The translations under genes and the position numbers were made by a program. From Lophium mytilinum (lineage: Eukaryota): DNA of 64,000 nt. Within the stretch, counting starts at the first letter, position 1. Every line of letters begins with the position of its first letter. The stretch covers positions 504,882 through 568,881 of the forward strand of contig MU004192.1 of NCBI GenBank assembly GCA_010093605.1, given 5' to 3'. Shown here piece by piece: positions 60,705 to 64,000 of the stretch. Under the pieces are notes generated by a model that worked only from the letters and a program-made list of their open reading frames with translations, did not search any database and was not told the DNA's origin.

Positions 60705-61898
60705 GTTTAAGTTTCAATGACTCGAAGGATGGAGTGTAAGCGTGTACATAGTATATATATACCATCAGGCCACCCCTGCCTGAAATCGTGGAGTCTTGTT
60801 AGGAAATGGACCATACAGATCACGTCCTCGACCTTGATCCTACTTCTAAAGCGGCTATGTTCCCTAAGTGCATTCAAGACCAGCCGATGGATGCGCTACC
60901 CTACACGCTATCGGCTGCGCGGGTCGGCCCTGATAGGCGAGGTGACGGAGCAGGCCAGGCGGAACGAGGGAAAAGTCGCGAATGGTAGCTTATAAATTAC
61001 AGATGTATGAAGCGTCGTTCTCTGCTCACTCGCATACTCTTTTAAGAACATTCCAGGAAGGAAGCTAATGTTGTGTGGATATATTCCTACCGCTACCGAA
61101 AGGGCAATAGTTCACGATCATACTAGTCTCAAAATAGACTAGCTTGGTTTCTCAACTACCGTACTTCATCTACCTCTACCACGTAATGACTCGCATCCTC
61201 AACCGCTACTCTCTAAACTCGCAATCAGCACGACTACCAAAACGATCCCAATGCCGTAAGTTGAGAATCTCGTGACCAGGCACACCGAAAGCATCGTAGA
61301 CATCCACACAGGCTGAAATCATCCGCCCCTTCCCGATAAAGACACCGCCCTAAAAGTACAGTATTCACTCTATCCTGAGCGGTGTCGGTAGAGTCTAAAA
61401 CCCCCCGAGTACCATACTTTGTAGGCAGGTAGTTCCGGCTATGCGACCAAACTATTCCTTTTCACGACTTCCTACTTTCAAGACAAGCATTTGCGTAGTC
61501 ATCACACGACATGCATAGATTGCTTCCCAACCGCATTCTCAACTCCATGCTCTCCTGCTATCCGCCTAGACATCTTCTACAAAAGTTCGTCGTTCTGTTA
61601 GCCGGAAACAAGTATTACGGTCCGGTACGGTCACAGGACGTCACCACAGCCACTCTCCAAATACCCCAGCAACCACAGCCGTATCTCCAAAACCCCGTCT
61701 CCAGGCCCCGAATCCAACTCGACGCATAAACATGTTTCGTATAGCCTGAGCCCATGTGGCCATTAGCTACTCCTACTGTAGATTTGCGAGTGCACGAAGG
61801 ATAGCGTACGAGCTCTCGCGATCCCCACTATCTCATCATTACCAAATATACTCGATTTAGCAACCTCAGAAACCACATCCTAGCTTTGATCCCGAACT

Positions 61899-62065
61899 AT
61901 GGCTAGCCGCACTACTCCTTACAAGATTGCTGTATTCGGACCCGGGGACGTCGGCTGCATAGTCATTCGCGAGGCAACTCGGCTTCCCGAGTTCGAAGTC
62001 GTCGGCGCGCTCGTTGTTATCAGGAGAAGAAGGATGGCGTGGACGTCGGCACCCTCGCCGGAAGA
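61899..62065 (+). pseudogene. 5' remnant of a dihydrodipicolinate-reductase-like NAD(P)-dependent oxidoreductase
   Basis: YKIAVFGPGDVGCIVIREATRLPEFEVVG, then after a frameshift near 62015 YQEKKDGVDVGTLAG. No downstream coding sequence recognised. Confidence 0.5.
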
Positions 62066-63159
62066 AGGGCCAGAGGAGGGGTGTGGCGGGTTGCTGTAAG
62101 GAGGGTTGAATGAAGTGGGATTGGTTCTTTTTTTTTTGCGCACTGCTGTATATGTTGTTTGTTCTTTCTTCGCTGACCTTTGAGCAAGACGATTATCTGC
62201 ACCAAGCAAGGAATTTGATTGCTATCCATGAAGAATCTGCATTCGGTCATCAGTGGAAGTGGGCTGAAAACCGGTATCTCGCGCTAAAGTCCTCGTCCGT
62301 AGTCTTTCCACATCACTAACTAAACCCACCGACAAAAACATCCAATGCACACTTACATCAATCAAAAAAGTCTAGTTTAAATCTAGCAGCCATACATAAG
62401 CGTATAGTCCTGGTATTCAAAACCCCCCACATCTAGACAGGCTGCAGCCGCCTTTCGGCCGACTCTCCGTCACTCATCCACCAGAAATATCGGCAGGACC
62501 TCGCCCCCGATTCATCGCGGTTCATCATTCATGTCTCCCCCTGCTCTCCCGCTTCCTCTCGCGGTTCCATACAAACGATCTGCGAATAGTTACTCGCTCC
62601 CACAACCCAAAAACCCGCTACATCCCTCAAGCATATAGGGAACCAAAAGCTGCCCGTCCAACCCCCCCACCCTCGTCGCCCTCACCCCTTCACCAAAACC
62701 GAGGTGGTGGGCGGCGGCGGCCTCCACGCAGCCCTGATGCATTTTGGGAATTCTCCAATCTCCATCCTCCAACCCGGGAACCGATGGAATACGTGCATCC
62801 AGCCATCTTCAGCATGTTTCTGATTTCCGAAAATGCGCCGGTTATGGGTTCCACCCACATGAAAAAGAAGCGAAACAAAACCAAACAAACACCGGTGTTG
62901 AAAACCCCTTGAGAAACGAACACAAAAAACACCTGACCCTTTGAAAGAAAAAAACACCGTCCATGCGCCCGTGTAATGGTAGATGATTGAAGAAAACCCT
63001 CCAAAAAAAAGAAAACCCCGGGTAAGTAAAGGGTAGGTAGGTGACCTCGCAGATACAGGATCCCGGACACGATCCAACGCCGAAGAAAAAAGATGCCCAC
63101 CGCTCAGCGGACCGTTGCTAAAAACCAGCTTTTTGTAGTTTCACGTCCCCCGCCCCCCA

Positions 63160-64000
63160 TCAGCGTTGACAGAACAGCTCAATCTCGCCCAACTGCCCCG
63201 CCATGATCTGATCCCGCTGCTGCTCCTTCCACGTCTCAAACGCCGTCTGCACGTCCTCGTCCGACTGGATGCTAACATAGTCGTCCTCGTCCAGGTACTT
63301 CAGCTTGACCTGGCCCGCGCTGAGCGACACATTCGTCGACCGCTGCAGCTTCGCGTCGATACGGTCCTTCAGCGACTGGAAACTGATGTTCGTGCTCACG
63401 ACCAGCGTCATCGTGCTGCCCGCGGACGGGCAGTGCACCTTGACTTTGAGCTGCGACGGGATTTGCACGTCCTGCGACTGCGGCAGGGGCGGTGACATCG
63501 TTCGAGAATCCACAGAGGCTGGCGTCATGGTCCGGTCAAACGATGAGGCAGGTGTCATGGTCCTGGCTATTGGGACGTGCCGCGGGTCATAGCGGTTGGA
63601 GCCATTCGAAGAGTCCATCTCTGTTTGCGAACGTGGTTGCTGTGGGAAGCGTTCTCGTGCAAGATTCGGCGATTGTGTGGCGGTCCGTTGCGGCATACTA
63701 TTGGGCGAGTTGTTCTGGCTTCGGTTCACGATTCCAGGTGTATACGCGTAATGAGTCGGGAACGGTGGAACTTCCGGCACTGGAGGCTGTTGGCCATTCT
63801 GGCGTTGGCTTTGCCTGAGAGGGTTGTGAATATCAGGACTGCTCGCTGACCTCATCCTATTCTGCGCTATGACCGTGCTGTGCTGTGAGCCTGCATTCGG
63901 AGGTAATGAGGGTCGCTGCATAGCATTGGCACGGCCTCCGGGGTAGACACCTGGGGTCATGGATCCCTCCCGAGACATTTGCCGTGCCATTGCTGGAGCT
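63160..64000 (-). CDS. CDC24: C-terminal part (PB1 domain) of the Cdc42 guanine-nucleotide exchange factor Cdc24/Scd1; gene continues beyond the window
   Basis: PB1 with QLKVKV..TLVV..NISFQSLKDRIDAKL..KLKYLDEDDYVSIQSDEDVQ; upstream QNRMRSASSPDI is typical of filamentous-fungal Cdc24. Confidence 0.85.
   Translation of the reverse strand, partial: APAMARQMSREGSMTPGVYPGGRANAMQRPSLPPNAGSQHSTVIAQNRMRSASSPDIHNPLRQSQRQNGQQPPVPEVPPFPTHYAYTPGIVNRSQNNSPNSMPQRTATQSPNLARERFPQQPRSQTEMDSSNGSNRYDPRHVPIARTMTPASSFDRTMTPASVDSRTMSPPLPQSQDVQIPSQLKVKVHCPSAGSTMTLVVSTNISFQSLKDRIDAKLQRSTNVSLSAGQVKLKYLDEDDYVSIQSDEDVQTAFETWKEQQRDQIMAGQLGEIELFCQR

Noticed and set aside
62682..63100. Phe-rich minus-strand ORFs of about 130 aa downstream of CDC24
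   Set aside because: They arise from T-rich 3' UTR-like sequence and have no ATG at their listed starts or any recognisable domain.

Overview
Eukaryotic, intron-containing DNA from a filamentous ascomycete (GT-AG introns of about 48-220 nt with CTAAC/CTGAC branch sites; fungal-type MCU, Cdc24, RTA1, HET and HeLo-like genes). About 26 genes or gene remnants can be reconstructed by hand. Conserved housekeeping-type genes (class I heme peroxidase, two MFS transporters, NRAMP transporter, mitochondrial calcium uniporter, GH3 glycosidase, NCL1/TRM4 tRNA m5C methyltransferase, 3' end of CDC24) alternate with accessory genes. The most notable items are: (i) a compact four-gene block at 53.9-60.7 kb (membrane protein, SAM methyltransferase, flavin monooxygenase, FAD oxidoreductase) that looks like a biosynthetic or lipid-modification cluster without a core enzyme; (ii) a 33.8-46.7 kb stretch with a Clr5/zinc-finger/Est1-like chimera, a HeLo-like plus 16-ankyrin protein with no NOD domain, and a HET-domain gene; (iii) several lesions, namely two single in-frame stops, a doubly frameshifted peroxidase, a 14-nt GT..AG insert in a GNAT gene and two relic genes; (iv) two tandem repeat arrays and a recurring C-rich to G-rich switch inside genes. 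All family assignments come from motif recognition by eye, not from database searches. No tRNA, rRNA, CRISPR array or intact transposon was recognised.
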